Of a stretch of DNA of 64,000 bases, positions 38,041 through 47,362 are shown one piece after another; position 1 is the stretch's first letter, and every line of letters begins with the position of its first letter. The notes beneath the pieces are model-generated. The model was given only the letters and a program-made list of their open reading frames with translations, searched no databases and was not told the origin of the DNA. The stretch is taken from the NCBI GenBank assembly GCA_023129715.1, contig JAGMBO010000054.1, forward strand, positions 38,291 through 102,290, given 5' to 3'. The position numbers and the translations under genes were made by a program. This stretch comes from Candidatus Eiseniibacteriota bacterium (GTDB lineage Bacteria > Eisenbacteria > RBG-16-71-46 > CAIMUX01 > WJJG01).

Positions 38041-39771
38041 CTACTCGTCTCGAATCGCCTCGACCGGGTCGAGCTGCGCGGCCCGCCACGCCGGGTAGAG
38101 GGTCGAAAGCGCCGCGATCACGAGCACGGAGACGACGATCAGCCAGATATCCCCCCAGACCACCTCCACCGGAAGAGTATCGATGAAGTAGATGTCTCCG
38201 GGCAGGCGGATGATCTCGTAGCGCTCGATGATGTGGCAAATCCCCAATCCGGCCCCCACGCCGAGGGCCGTTCCGGCGAAGGCCATCACCCAGCCCTCGA
38301 GCACGAAGATGCGCAGAATCGCGAGCGCGCTCGCGCCCATCGACTTCAGGATTCCGATCTCGCGACGTTTCTCGGTGACGAGCATCACCAGCGAGCTGGC
38401 AATGTTGAATCCCGCCACCAGGATGATCATGATGAGGATAATGAACATCGCCCGCTTCTCGGTGCGCATCCAGGCGAAGAGATTCTCGTTCAATTCGATC
38501 CAGTTATTCGCGTAGTAGGGGAACCCCCCGAGCTCGGCGGTCATCTCCTCGGCCACCTGCGGCGCGCGGTCCATGTCGTGGAGCCGCACTTCGATTCCGC
38601 TGACCCGCTCCTCCAGACCGAAGAACGCCTGCGCCTCGGCAAGATCGATATAGGCCATCGAGGCATCAAAATCGTACATCCCCGATTGAAAAATCCCACA
38701 CAGGCGAAATCGGCGCATGCGCGGCACGAAGCCCAGCGGCGTGCGCCGGGTCTCCGCCGGACTGACCAGCACCACCTCTTCCCCCACCCCAATGCCCAGT
38801 CCCTCGGCGACGTACTTGCCGAGCACGATCCCGGGAAGACCTCCCGCCACGCGGGCGAGCCCCGGGTCGCGCCGGCGCTCACCGACGTACTCCGGCAAGG
38901 AGGTCACGCGCGCCTCTTCCTCCCAGCGGATCCCCTTGACCACCGCCCCTTCGGCCAGCCGCCCCGCTGAGAGCATCGCCTTGCCATAGACGAAGGGCGC
39001 CACCGCCGCGGCTTCGGGATGCCCCGCGAGCACCGCCGCCAGACTGTCGGCGCCGGCGATCCCCTGCTGTCCGAACCGCAGGACGAGCACGTGAGCGTTG
39101 GTGCCGACGATCCGCGAGCGCACCTCCGAATCGAACCCGGTCATCACCGCCAGAACGACGATCAGCGCACAGACCCCGAGCGCAATGCCGCCCGCCGCGA
39201 AGTAGCTCGTCGCCGAGTGCAAGGCGCTCTCGCGTCGGCTGAAGAGATAACGCAGGCCGACAAACGTGACCAGCCGTTCATCACCCCTTTGCCCGCCCCC
39301 GCTGAGGCCACGCGCGAATTCGGGCAGCAGGATGCGCCCGATCACCCAGCGCCCCAGCCAGACGAGCAAGACCAGCGGCAACCAGAGGGGCAACAGCAGC
39401 CCGCCGAGGAACCCCACCAGCAGGCGCAACGCGCCGTACCCCCTCCCTGGCCGTGTCCCCCAGCGGCGCGGTAGGACCCACCGGCCCAGGCCGCTCGCCA
39501 GCAAGAGGACGCCGCGCATGCCGACCAGCAGGGGAAAGAGCACCAGGCCGGGGATCCCGAGCAGCACCCACCCGAACCGCCCCAGGGCGAAGCGCCGCCC
39601 AAGCGATTCCTCGCTGAACTGCAGCAAGCCGTCGGAGCAGAGACGCAACGCCTGGAGGAGCAGGAAAGGCCCCACCCAGATGGGCACGCCGACCCAGAGC
39701 AACAGGCGCTTAGCGCTGCTTCCGAGCACGCCCCTCGGCACGCCCCTCGCCTCGCCCCTCGCCTCACCCAT
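38041..39771 (-). CDS. Lipoprotein-releasing ABC permease LolC/E with ~165-aa hydrophobic N-terminal extension
   Basis: FVGLRYL, LIVVLAVMTGF, GMYDFD, EKRREIGILKSMGA, YPAWRAAQLDPVEAIRDE; start overlaps purF stop. Confidence 0.9.
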   Translation of the reverse strand: MGEARGEARGVPRGVLGSSAKRLLLWVGVPIWVGPFLLLQALRLCSDGLLQFSEESLGRRFALGRFGWVLLGIPGLVLFPLLVGMRGVLLLASGLGRWVLPRRWGTRPGRGYGALRLLVGFLGGLLLPLWLPLVLLVWLGRWVIGRILLPEFARGLSGGGQRGDERLVTFVGLRYLFSRRESALHSATSYFAAGGIALGVCALIVVLAVMTGFDSEVRSRIVGTNAHVLVLRFGQQGIAGADSLAAVLAGHPEAAAVAPFVYGKAMLSAGRLAEGAVVKGIRWEEEARVTSLPEYVGERRRDPGLARVAGGLPGIVLGKYVAEGLGIGVGEEVVLVSPAETRRTPLGFVPRMRRFRLCGIFQSGMYDFDASMAYIDLAEAQAFFGLEERVSGIEVRLHDMDRAPQVAEEMTAELGGFPYYANNWIELNENLFAWMRTEKRAMFIILIMIILVAGFNIASSLVMLVTEKRREIGILKSMGASALAILRIFVLEGWVMAFAGTALGVGAGLGICHIIERYEIIRLPGDIYFIDTLPVEVVWGDIWLIVVSVLVIAALSTLYPAWRAAQLDPVEAIRDE

Positions 39772-41182
39772 CGCCTACCCCCGTGACCATTCGACACCCG
39801 CGATGCGCGCCGCGCCTGGCCGGGATCTCGGTCGGATAATCGCCGGTGAAGCAGGCCAGGCAGTAGTCCTGGGGCCGCCCGACACACCCGAGCAGGTCAC
39901 CCTCGGTCAAGTAGCCGAGACTAGTCGCGCCGGTGAATCCCCGGATCTCCTCAACCGACTGATTGGCCGCGATCAGCTCATCCCACGTTGGGGTGTCGAT
40001 GCCGTAGAAGCACGGATGGCAAATCGGCGGACTGCTCACCCGCAAGTGCACCTCGCGCGCGCCGGCGCGCTGGATCAGCCCGATGAGCTGCCGGCTGGTC
40101 GTGCCCCGCACGATCGAGTCGTCGACCACCACCACGCGCTTGCCCGCCAAGACCTCACGCACGGCGTTGAACTTCACACGCACCGCGTTCTGCCGCCCCG
40201 CGGAACCCCGCTGAATGAAGATGCGCCCGACGTAGTGATTGCGGATCAAGCCGAATTCGAACGGAATCCCGCTCTCCCTGGCATACCCGAGGGCCGCGCC
40301 GTTGGAGCTGTCGGGCACCGCGATGACGATATCCGCCTCCACCGGGTGGCGGCGGGCGAGCGCGGCGCCGAGGCGCCGGCGCACCCGATCGACCGACTCA
40401 CCGAAGACCTGGCTGTCGGGCCGCGAGAAGTAGATGTGCTCGAAAATGCACTGCCGCCGCGGCCCCGCGGGATGGAGCTGGCTTACCTCGACCTCACCGC
40501 CATGCACGACGACGAGTTCACCCGGCTGGATCTCCCGCTCGATTCTTGCCCCGAGGATATCGAAGGCGCATGTCTCGGAAGCGAGGTAGATTCTCTCTGC
40601 CGCCCGGCCGAGCACGAGCGGCCGGAAGCCCATCGGATCGCGGTAGCCGAGGAGTGTCTCCTCGTCCATCGCCAACAGCGTCATCGCCCCCCGGACCTCA
40701 CCCAACGCCTCGCTCATCCGCGCAACCATGCCGCGCTTCGGCGAGCGGGCGGCCAAGTGGAGCAGGATCTCGCTATCGGTCGTCGTCTGGAAGATGCTGC
40801 CCATTCCCTCGAGCCGGCGCCGCAGCTCAGCCGCACCGACCAGTGTGCCATTGTGGGCGATCGCCAGCTTGCCGCCGCGACAATCGACGAGCAGCGGCTG
40901 CACATTGCGCAGCTTGGTCGCCTTCCCGGACGTCGCATACCGGTTGTGACCGATGGCCATGTGCCCGGCGAGGTATTCCTTGGCCTTCGGACTGAAGACC
41001 TCCGCCACCAGGCCGAGCCCTCGATGAACGCGCGTCTTCAGGCGGCTGCGACTGACGATGCCGGCCCCCTCCTGCCCCCGGTGTTGCTGCGCGTAGAGGC
41101 CCAGATAGACCGCCTCCACGACATTGCCCCCGTCGGTCGCCACGGCGCCGATCAAACCGCATTCGTGTCGCAACTCATCCAT
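39764..41182 (-). CDS. purF: Amidophosphoribosyltransferase
   Basis: Propeptide then [21 protein letters not shown], Fe-S cysteines (CIFE, PCFYG, CLAC). Confidence 0.95.
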   Translation of the reverse strand: MDELRHECGLIGAVATDGGNVVEAVYLGLYAQQHRGQEGAGIVSRSRLKTRVHRGLGLVAEVFSPKAKEYLAGHMAIGHNRYATSGKATKLRNVQPLLVDCRGGKLAIAHNGTLVGAAELRRRLEGMGSIFQTTTDSEILLHLAARSPKRGMVARMSEALGEVRGAMTLLAMDEETLLGYRDPMGFRPLVLGRAAERIYLASETCAFDILGARIEREIQPGELVVVHGGEVEVSQLHPAGPRRQCIFEHIYFSRPDSQVFGESVDRVRRRLGAALARRHPVEADIVIAVPDSSNGAALGYARESGIPFEFGLIRNHYVGRIFIQRGSAGRQNAVRVKFNAVREVLAGKRVVVVDDSIVRGTTSRQLIGLIQRAGAREVHLRVSSPPICHPCFYGIDTPTWDELIAANQSVEEIRGFTGATSLGYLTEGDLLGCVGRPQDYCLACFTGDYPTEIPARRGAHRGCRMVTGVGDG

Positions 41183-42518
41183 TCGGCCGTTGATCCTCCG
41201 CGCCGTCACGCGCCGGCGCCCACGGGGTGGCTAGCACGCGCTCGAAGACCACATCGAGACGCCCCACGAAGGCCTCCCGGTCGCAGATCGCCGCGATCTC
41301 CTCAGCGCTCAAGAGACCCTCCGCCCCCACCGTCTCGGCTAACACATCCGCAAAGGGCCGCTGCTCCCGCCAGGCGGTCATCGCCGCCGCCTGCACGCGT
41401 TCATAGGCAGCCTCGCGCGATTCCAGGCGCTCCGTCAAGCGGAGCAACGCGCGTTGGGAGAAGAAAAGCCCCCGGGAAGCCTCCAGATTCGACTCCATCC
41501 GCGCGGCATCGACCTCCAGCCCACTCAGCACCCGGATCATCAGGTGGAGTTGGTAGTCGAGGGCGATGAAGGCGTCAGGCAGAATCACTCGCTCGACGCT
41601 CGAGTGACTGATGTCCCGCTCGTGCCACAGGGCGACATTCTCGTAGGCGGCCGGCACATAACCCCGCAACAGCCGCGCCAGCCCGCTGATCCGCTCGCAC
41701 AGAATCGGGTTGCGCTTGTGGGGCATCGCCGATGACCCCTTCTGCCCGCGCCCGAAGGGCTCACGGGCCTCGCCCACCTCAGTGCGCTGCAGGTGGCGGA
41801 TCTCGGTGGCGAACTTCTCGGCACTCGCCGCGACCAACGCCAGCACGGCGATCAAGTGCGCGTGGCGGTCGCGTTGCACGATCTGCGTCGTCACCGGCGC
41901 GGCGCCCAAGCCGAGCAAGGCGCAGGCCCGCGACTCGACCTCGGGCGGCAGGTGCGCAAAGGTCCCAACCGCGCCCGAGAACTTGCCCACCGCGACCTCG
42001 CCCCGCGCGGCCGCCAACCGCCCCGCATGCCGCTCCATCTCGGCAAACCAAACGAGTACCTTCTGGCCGAACGTGATCGGCTCGGCATGCACACCATGCG
42101 TGCGCCCGATCATGATCGTGTGCCGGTGGCGCTGTGCCAGGCCCCGCAGCTCGCGGCCTACCTCTTCGATGCGCCCGGCGATCCGATCGATCGCCCGCAC
42201 CAGCACAAGCGCCAGGGCGGTATCGAGCAGATCCGACGAGGTCATCCCATGGTGCAGGTAGCGTCCCTCGGGCCCCAGCGATTCGCCCACGTTGGTCAAG
42301 AAGGCGACCACGTCATGATGCACGACCGCCTCGATCTCGTTGATCCGGGCAACGTCGAAGCGGGCCCGGCCGGCGATCGCATCGGCGGTTCCCGCCGGCG
42401 CGATCCGTGCCGCTTCCATGGCGCGCAGGGCGGCGATCTCGACCTCGAGCCAGGTAGCAAAGCGCGTCTCATCGCTCCAGAGGGCGCCCATCTCGGGCAG
42501 CGTATAGCGTTCGATCAC
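41175..42518 (-). CDS. purB: Adenylosuccinate lyase
   Basis: MIERY, HDVVAF, GRTHGVHAEP, GSSAMPHKRNP. Confidence 0.95.
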   Translation of the reverse strand: MIERYTLPEMGALWSDETRFATWLEVEIAALRAMEAARIAPAGTADAIAGRARFDVARINEIEAVVHHDVVAFLTNVGESLGPEGRYLHHGMTSSDLLDTALALVLVRAIDRIAGRIEEVGRELRGLAQRHRHTIMIGRTHGVHAEPITFGQKVLVWFAEMERHAGRLAAARGEVAVGKFSGAVGTFAHLPPEVESRACALLGLGAAPVTTQIVQRDRHAHLIAVLALVAASAEKFATEIRHLQRTEVGEAREPFGRGQKGSSAMPHKRNPILCERISGLARLLRGYVPAAYENVALWHERDISHSSVERVILPDAFIALDYQLHLMIRVLSGLEVDAARMESNLEASRGLFFSQRALLRLTERLESREAAYERVQAAAMTAWREQRPFADVLAETVGAEGLLSAEEIAAICDREAFVGRLDVVFERVLATPWAPARDGAEDQRPNG

Positions 42519-42574
42519 GAAGATACCTCATCGAGAAGCCGCAACATCGGCAGAGGGCCGTCTCGGCGGCGCTC

Positions 42575-43927
42575 CTAGTCGGGGCGCGCCTCTTCGAGCA
42601 CGATCCGCACCTCCCGGCTGCGCCCTTCGCGCTCCATCGCCAGTTCGATCGTATCCCCGATCGTCGCGCCGAAGATCAACCGCTGGGCCTCCGCGGCGCG
42701 TGAGACCGGCTCCCCATCCACCGCGCGGATGATGTCCCCGACCTGGACCCCGGCACGATCGGCGGGGCTGCCATCCTCGATGCCCCAGACGAGCAGGCCG
42801 CGTCGGTCGCGGATGCCGAAGTAGTTGGCGACCATCTGGGTGATCTCCTGCACGCGGATGCCGATCCAGACCTGGCGCACGCGCCCGAATTCGAGGATCT
42901 CACGCACAACGCGTACAACCGTGTTGATCGGAATCGCGAAGCCCATGCCGAGACTTCCCCCGGCCGTCGAGAAGATGAAGGTGTTGATGCCGATGACCTC
43001 GCCGAGGCTGTTCACCAGCGGGCCCCCGCTATTGCCTGGGTTGATCGCCGCGTCGGTCTGGATCATCTCCTTGTAGATCGCGTCGCTGTGCTCGTCGGCC
43101 TTGATGTCGCGATTCGTCGCGCTGATCACCCCGACGGTGACCGTCGGGCGGTAGGTGTTGAGTAAGAACCCGAACGGATTCCCCAACGCAATTGCCCACT
43201 CTCCAACCATCAGATCGTCCGTATTGCCTACCGGCGCCTCGGGCAGATCCTCGGCCTCGATTCGTAGCACGGCCAGGTCATAGGTCGGGTCGGAACTGAT
43301 TAACGTACCATCGAAGGTCCGCCCGTCGGGCAGACTCACCTTGATCTCCTTGGCCTCCCGCACGACATGCTCATTGGTGACGACGATCCCGCGCGCATCG
43401 ATGATCACCCCCGAGCCGAGATTCGAGATCTCCTCGCCGTAGATGCGCCCCGGAAAGAAGCGACTGAAGAAGCGGTCGAAGGGATCGTTGCTCCAGGCAA
43501 AGGGGTTCTGCCGCACGTAGCGGATCTGGGTCACACTGATCGAGACCACCGCCGGGCCGACCCGCTCGGCCGCGGCAACGATCGCATTGCGGCGCGCTCT
43601 CTCGATGCCGACGCCGGCGCCTACGCTGCCCCCTCCGTCACCATCTCCGTGCTCGTCCGCGTCCCCGCCGGCCGGGCGCGCGCCCTGCCCCCCGCGCTGA
43701 TCTTCCACTCGGCCGCCCGGCTTTGCCGCTCCGAACAGCGCCTCGGCGGCAGCGTCCGGAAGAGGGGCCGTCCCGCCTTCCCCTCCCCCCTGCCAGGCAT
43801 GGAGGGCCAACGCTCCAAGGCCGAAGGCAGCGACGAAGAGCACGGTCGCGAGAGGCACCGCGATGCGTCCCCGCCGCGCCTGAAGCTCCCGTGTCGCCCG
43901 ATCCACGTTGGGCCTCTCCCTGGTCAC
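42575..43927 (-). CDS. HtrA/DegS-like serine protease with one PDZ domain
   Basis: N-terminal TM, GSGVI, TNEHVV, DLAVL, QTDAAINPGNSGGPL, single PDZ. Confidence 0.92.
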   Translation of the reverse strand: MTRERPNVDRATRELQARRGRIAVPLATVLFVAAFGLGALALHAWQGGGEGGTAPLPDAAAEALFGAAKPGGRVEDQRGGQGARPAGGDADEHGDGDGGGSVGAGVGIERARRNAIVAAAERVGPAVVSISVTQIRYVRQNPFAWSNDPFDRFFSRFFPGRIYGEEISNLGSGVIIDARGIVVTNEHVVREAKEIKVSLPDGRTFDGTLISSDPTYDLAVLRIEAEDLPEAPVGNTDDLMVGEWAIALGNPFGFLLNTYRPTVTVGVISATNRDIKADEHSDAIYKEMIQTDAAINPGNSGGPLVNSLGEVIGINTFIFSTAGGSLGMGFAIPINTVVRVVREILEFGRVRQVWIGIRVQEITQMVANYFGIRDRRGLLVWGIEDGSPADRAGVQVGDIIRAVDGEPVSRAAEAQRLIFGATIGDTIELAMEREGRSREVRIVLEEARPD

Positions 43928-43952
43928 CGGCAACCTCCTGCCGCCGCAAGCA

Positions 43953-44600
43953 TCATTGCTTGGGCACGTCGCGCCAAGCCTCCAGGAACTTCGCCTTGCC
44001 CACGTCGGTGAGGGGGTGCTCGAACATCGCCCGCAGCACCTTGGTCGGCAAGGTCACGATGTCGGCGCCGAGCAGACCCGCCTCGATGACGTGCAGTGGG
44101 TGGCGCACGCTGGCAACGATGACTTCCGTTTCGAAATCGTAGTTCGCATAGACTTCGAGGATCTCGGCGACGACATCCATGCCCGCATGGCCCGCATCGT
44201 CGAGCCTCCCGATGAAGGGGCTGACGAAACGGGCGCCCGCCTTGGCCGCCAGCAGCGCTTGATTCGTGCTGAAGACGAGGGTCACATTCGTCTCGATCCC
44301 CTCTTCCCGTAGCGCACGGACCGCCCGCATCCCCTCGACCCCCATCGGGATCTTGATCACGATGTTCTCGGCGATTCCAACCAACTCGCGTGCTTCGCCG
44401 AGCATGCCGGCGGCATCCTCGGCGAGCACCTCGGCGCTTACCGGTCCGGGAACCAGACGGCAGATCTCGGTGAGCACCTCCCCATAGGGAGCCTGCGCCC
44501 GCTTGAGCAACGAGGGATTGGTGGTGACACCGTCGACCAGACCGGTGGCGGCGAACTCGCGGATCTCATCGACGATGGCGGTGTCGAGGAAGACCTTCAT
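43953..44600 (-). CDS. fsa: Transaldolase / fructose-6-phosphate aldolase
   Basis: [37 protein letters not shown]. Confidence 0.93.
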   Translation of the reverse strand: MKVFLDTAIVDEIREFAATGLVDGVTTNPSLLKRAQAPYGEVLTEICRLVPGPVSAEVLAEDAAGMLGEARELVGIAENIVIKIPMGVEGMRAVRALREEGIETNVTLVFSTNQALLAAKAGARFVSPFIGRLDDAGHAGMDVVAEILEVYANYDFETEVIVASVRHPLHVIEAGLLGADIVTLPTKVLRAMFEHPLTDVGKAKFLEAWRDVPKQ

Positions 44601-44659
44601 GTTCCTCTGCTCCCTTCTCGATCTGCAGCCCTGAACCTCAGTTACGCGACGGAGCGCGC

Positions 44660-44688
44660 ACTATAGCACAGGCTTCGGGGGCTCGCAA
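44660..44688 (-). promoter_or_regulatory. Putative sigma70 promoter heading the fsa...lpxK gene run
   Basis: TTGCGA-N17-TATAGT with TG extension, overlapping the truA stop. Confidence 0.6.
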
Positions 44689-45446
44689 TCGAGGCCCCGG
44701 AAGCCATCGCCGGCGGCTTCAGGATAGTCGACCGCGGCAAGATGCAGTCCATGCGCGGCGGCGACGCTGGTCGCCCGCCCGGTGCCTGCCTGCAACCGGT
44801 CGGCCAGCGCCATGACCGGTAGGCGACCCTGGCCGATCTGCAGACTGAGGGCGACGATCGCGCGGACCATCTTGTAGAGAAAGCGCACCGCCCCGATGCG
44901 CAGAACCGCCCCGCGCTCCCAGGGCTCCCAACGGGCGTAGAACACGTGCGAGCGGGTCCCCCGCTCATCGGGCGTACGGCAAGAACAGGGCGCGAAATCA
45001 TGGTCTCCGACGAGCGCCTGGACCGCCCCGTTCATCTGCTCGAGCTCGGGCCACGGGTGCGGGTGCAGGCAGCGATGGTCCCAGAAGGGGGAACGCTCCC
45101 GTTGAAGCAGGTAGAGATAGTGGCGCGCGACCGCCCGGTAACGCGCATGGAACTCGGGCACCACCTCGAGGGCCCGCCGCACGACAATGTCGCGGCCGGC
45201 GAGCGCCTCGCAGCCGCGTGCGATGCGCCTCAGCGACAAGCCTCCTCTGGTCCGAAAGCTGGCCACCTGCCCCAAGGCATGCACACCGGCATCCGTGCGC
45301 CCCGCCCCGACCAGCGACACTGGTTCGCGCAGCAACGTCGCCAGGGCCCGCTCCAGTTCGCCCTGGACGGTGCGCAGCCCCGGCTGCCGTTGCCAGCCAT
45401 GAAAGCCTGACCCGTCATAGGCGAGGTCGAGACGAATGGTGCGCAT
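44661..45446 (-). CDS. truA: tRNA pseudouridine(38-40) synthase
   Basis: YDGSGFHGWQ.Q, GRTDAGVHA.GQ, FHAR, FLYKMVR. Confidence 0.95.
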   Translation of the reverse strand: MRTIRLDLAYDGSGFHGWQRQPGLRTVQGELERALATLLREPVSLVGAGRTDAGVHALGQVASFRTRGGLSLRRIARGCEALAGRDIVVRRALEVVPEFHARYRAVARHYLYLLQRERSPFWDHRCLHPHPWPELEQMNGAVQALVGDHDFAPCSCRTPDERGTRSHVFYARWEPWERGAVLRIGAVRFLYKMVRAIVALSLQIGQGRLPVMALADRLQAGTGRATSVAAAHGLHLAAVDYPEAAGDGFRGLDCEPPKPVL

Positions 45447-45455
45447 CCCGCCCCC

Positions 45456-46106
45456 CTATCCCTTCCGCCGTTCGGCGGTGCCCGCCGCCGCGCTGTCGCG
45501 TGATCGGCAGAGAGCCAGCATCAAGAAGTAGCGCCCCCCCCGGCGCCACGGCTCGATCAGCTCTCCCTTCTGACCGAACAAGCGTGCTTGGAAGCGCGAC
45601 CCCAAGAGGCGTACGAATTCACTCCGGCGCAATTGGAAGAAATGCCCCGGCTGATCCGAGGGGACGTCGCGTCCCTGTCCCAGCGGCGTCGAGACCAGCA
45701 GGCGGCCACCGGGGGCCAGGAGCAGATCGCAGGTCTCCATCAGCCCCTCCGGATCGATGAGGTGTTCGAGCACCTCGAAGGCAACGATAGTGTCGAAGCG
45801 GGGCTCGGCCCGCGCCGCGCCGCAGAGCAGATCGAGGCGCCGGAAAGTGATCCCGCCCCCCCCATAGTAGCGACGCGCATGCGCGATCGCGCGCTCGTCG
45901 CAATCGACACCGATCACCTCGGTAACCGTATCCACCGCCGCCAAGATCTGAGCACCGTACCCAGTTCCGCAACCCGCGTCGAGCACGCGCCCGCGCGCAA
46001 AGCTGCTGGCAAAACGGTAGCGCGCCAGGTGTTCGCGCAGCAGTCCGTGCCGCGCCCCGTACAGCTGCGGCTCGATTCGCTCACGGAACCACCGGCCCCT
46101 CGCCAT
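45456..46106 (-). CDS. Class I SAM-dependent methyltransferase
   Basis: EHLARYRFA, VLDAGCGTGYG, FEVLEHL, LAPGG..STP. Confidence 0.85.
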   Translation of the reverse strand: MARGRWFRERIEPQLYGARHGLLREHLARYRFASSFARGRVLDAGCGTGYGAQILAAVDTVTEVIGVDCDERAIAHARRYYGGGGITFRRLDLLCGAARAEPRFDTIVAFEVLEHLIDPEGLMETCDLLLAPGGRLLVSTPLGQGRDVPSDQPGHFFQLRRSEFVRLLGSRFQARLFGQKGELIEPWRRGGRYFLMLALCRSRDSAAAGTAERRKG

Positions 46107-47325
46107 CGCTCTCCATCTCCTCGGGTCCCCGCCCCGGCGCCCGCAGCAGGTATCCCGTCAAGTACTCGCCCTGGGGATGATCGAGATGCACCGGGTGATC
46201 GCCCCCGGCGCCCCAGCGCCCCAGCCATTGCACCGGGCGGCGGGCATCGAGGGAAGCACCGAAGAGGATCTTCTGAAAAAGTGACGCATCGACGTGTTGG
46301 GAGCAGGAGAAGGTCGCCAGCCACCCTCCCGGCGCCAGCCGGCGCAGCGCCCAGAGATTGAGATCCTTGTACGCCCGCGCGGCGCGGTCGCGTTGCCCGT
46401 GCGCCTTGGCGAAAGCGGGTGGGTCGAGCACGATCAGCTCGAAGGGTTCCTCGCTCCTGCGCAGGTACCGCTGCACCGGCTCGCGCACCAGTTCGAGTCG
46501 ATCGGCAGGCAGGTCGTTGAGCCGCCAGTTCTCTTCGGCCAGGGAGAGCGCTCGCGCGGAGGTCTCGACGGCGACCACCTGGCGCGCGCCCGCGCGGCCC
46601 GCGTGGACGCCGAAGGCGTTCGTGTAGGCGAAGGCGTTGAGCATGCGGCGGCCGCGAGCCAGCGGCGCCAGACGGCGCCGGTTCTCACGCTGATCGAGAT
46701 AGAAGCCGGTCTTCTGCCCTCTCAGCAGATCGATCCGAAAACGCAGCCCGCATTCGTGCACGACCAGATCCTGCGGGGGTGCCTCACCCCACGCCACCTC
46801 TCCCGGCAACCCGGGCGGACCACCTGCCCCGGGCCCGCCGCCGCGCACGACGATGCCCCGCGGCCGCACCCGCGAGACGAGCGCCGCCAGCCACAATTCT
46901 TTGAGCCGTTCCATCCCCGCCGTCAGCCACTGGACCCCCAGGTACGCGCCATACCGGTCGACAATCAGCCCCGGCAGACCATCGCCTTCGGCGTGGATCA
47001 GTCGGTAGGCATCGGTCCCGGGCGGGATGATCTCGCCCCGCAGGGCCACCGCCCGAGCTAATGTCTCCGAGAACCAGGCGGCATCGACCGGCCCCGGCTC
47101 GAAGCGTAGGATGCGCCCGACCAGCGAGGCCTGCGGATCGACGATCGCCGTCGCCAACCACTCACCGGAGGCGCTGACGATCTCCCCGAGACCTCCCGCG
47201 CGGCTGCCCGGGCGTCCCTCGAGCCGCTCGATCGCTCCTGAATAGACCCAGGGGTGCCGCCGCTCCACCGAACGCTCGCGTCCCGCCTTCAGCCACACCC
47301 GAAACTCAATGGCTCGATCCGCCAT
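46081..47325 (-). CDS. RlmI-like rRNA m5C methyltransferase
   Basis: PUA domain HPWVYSG, HAEGDGLPGL..D, GQKTGFYLDQRENR, LDPPAF, SCS. Confidence 0.88.
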   Translation of the reverse strand: MADRAIEFRVWLKAGRERSVERRHPWVYSGAIERLEGRPGSRAGGLGEIVSASGEWLATAIVDPQASLVGRILRFEPGPVDAAWFSETLARAVALRGEIIPPGTDAYRLIHAEGDGLPGLIVDRYGAYLGVQWLTAGMERLKELWLAALVSRVRPRGIVVRGGGPGAGGPPGLPGEVAWGEAPPQDLVVHECGLRFRIDLLRGQKTGFYLDQRENRRRLAPLARGRRMLNAFAYTNAFGVHAGRAGARQVVAVETSARALSLAEENWRLNDLPADRLELVREPVQRYLRRSEEPFELIVLDPPAFAKAHGQRDRAARAYKDLNLWALRRLAPGGWLATFSCSQHVDASLFQKILFGASLDARRPVQWLGRWGAGGDHPVHLDHPQGEYLTGYLLRAPGRGPEEMESDGEGPVVP

Positions 47326-47362
47326 GCTCGCTCCCTGTCCTCTCACCCGGCTCGGTCCGCCC

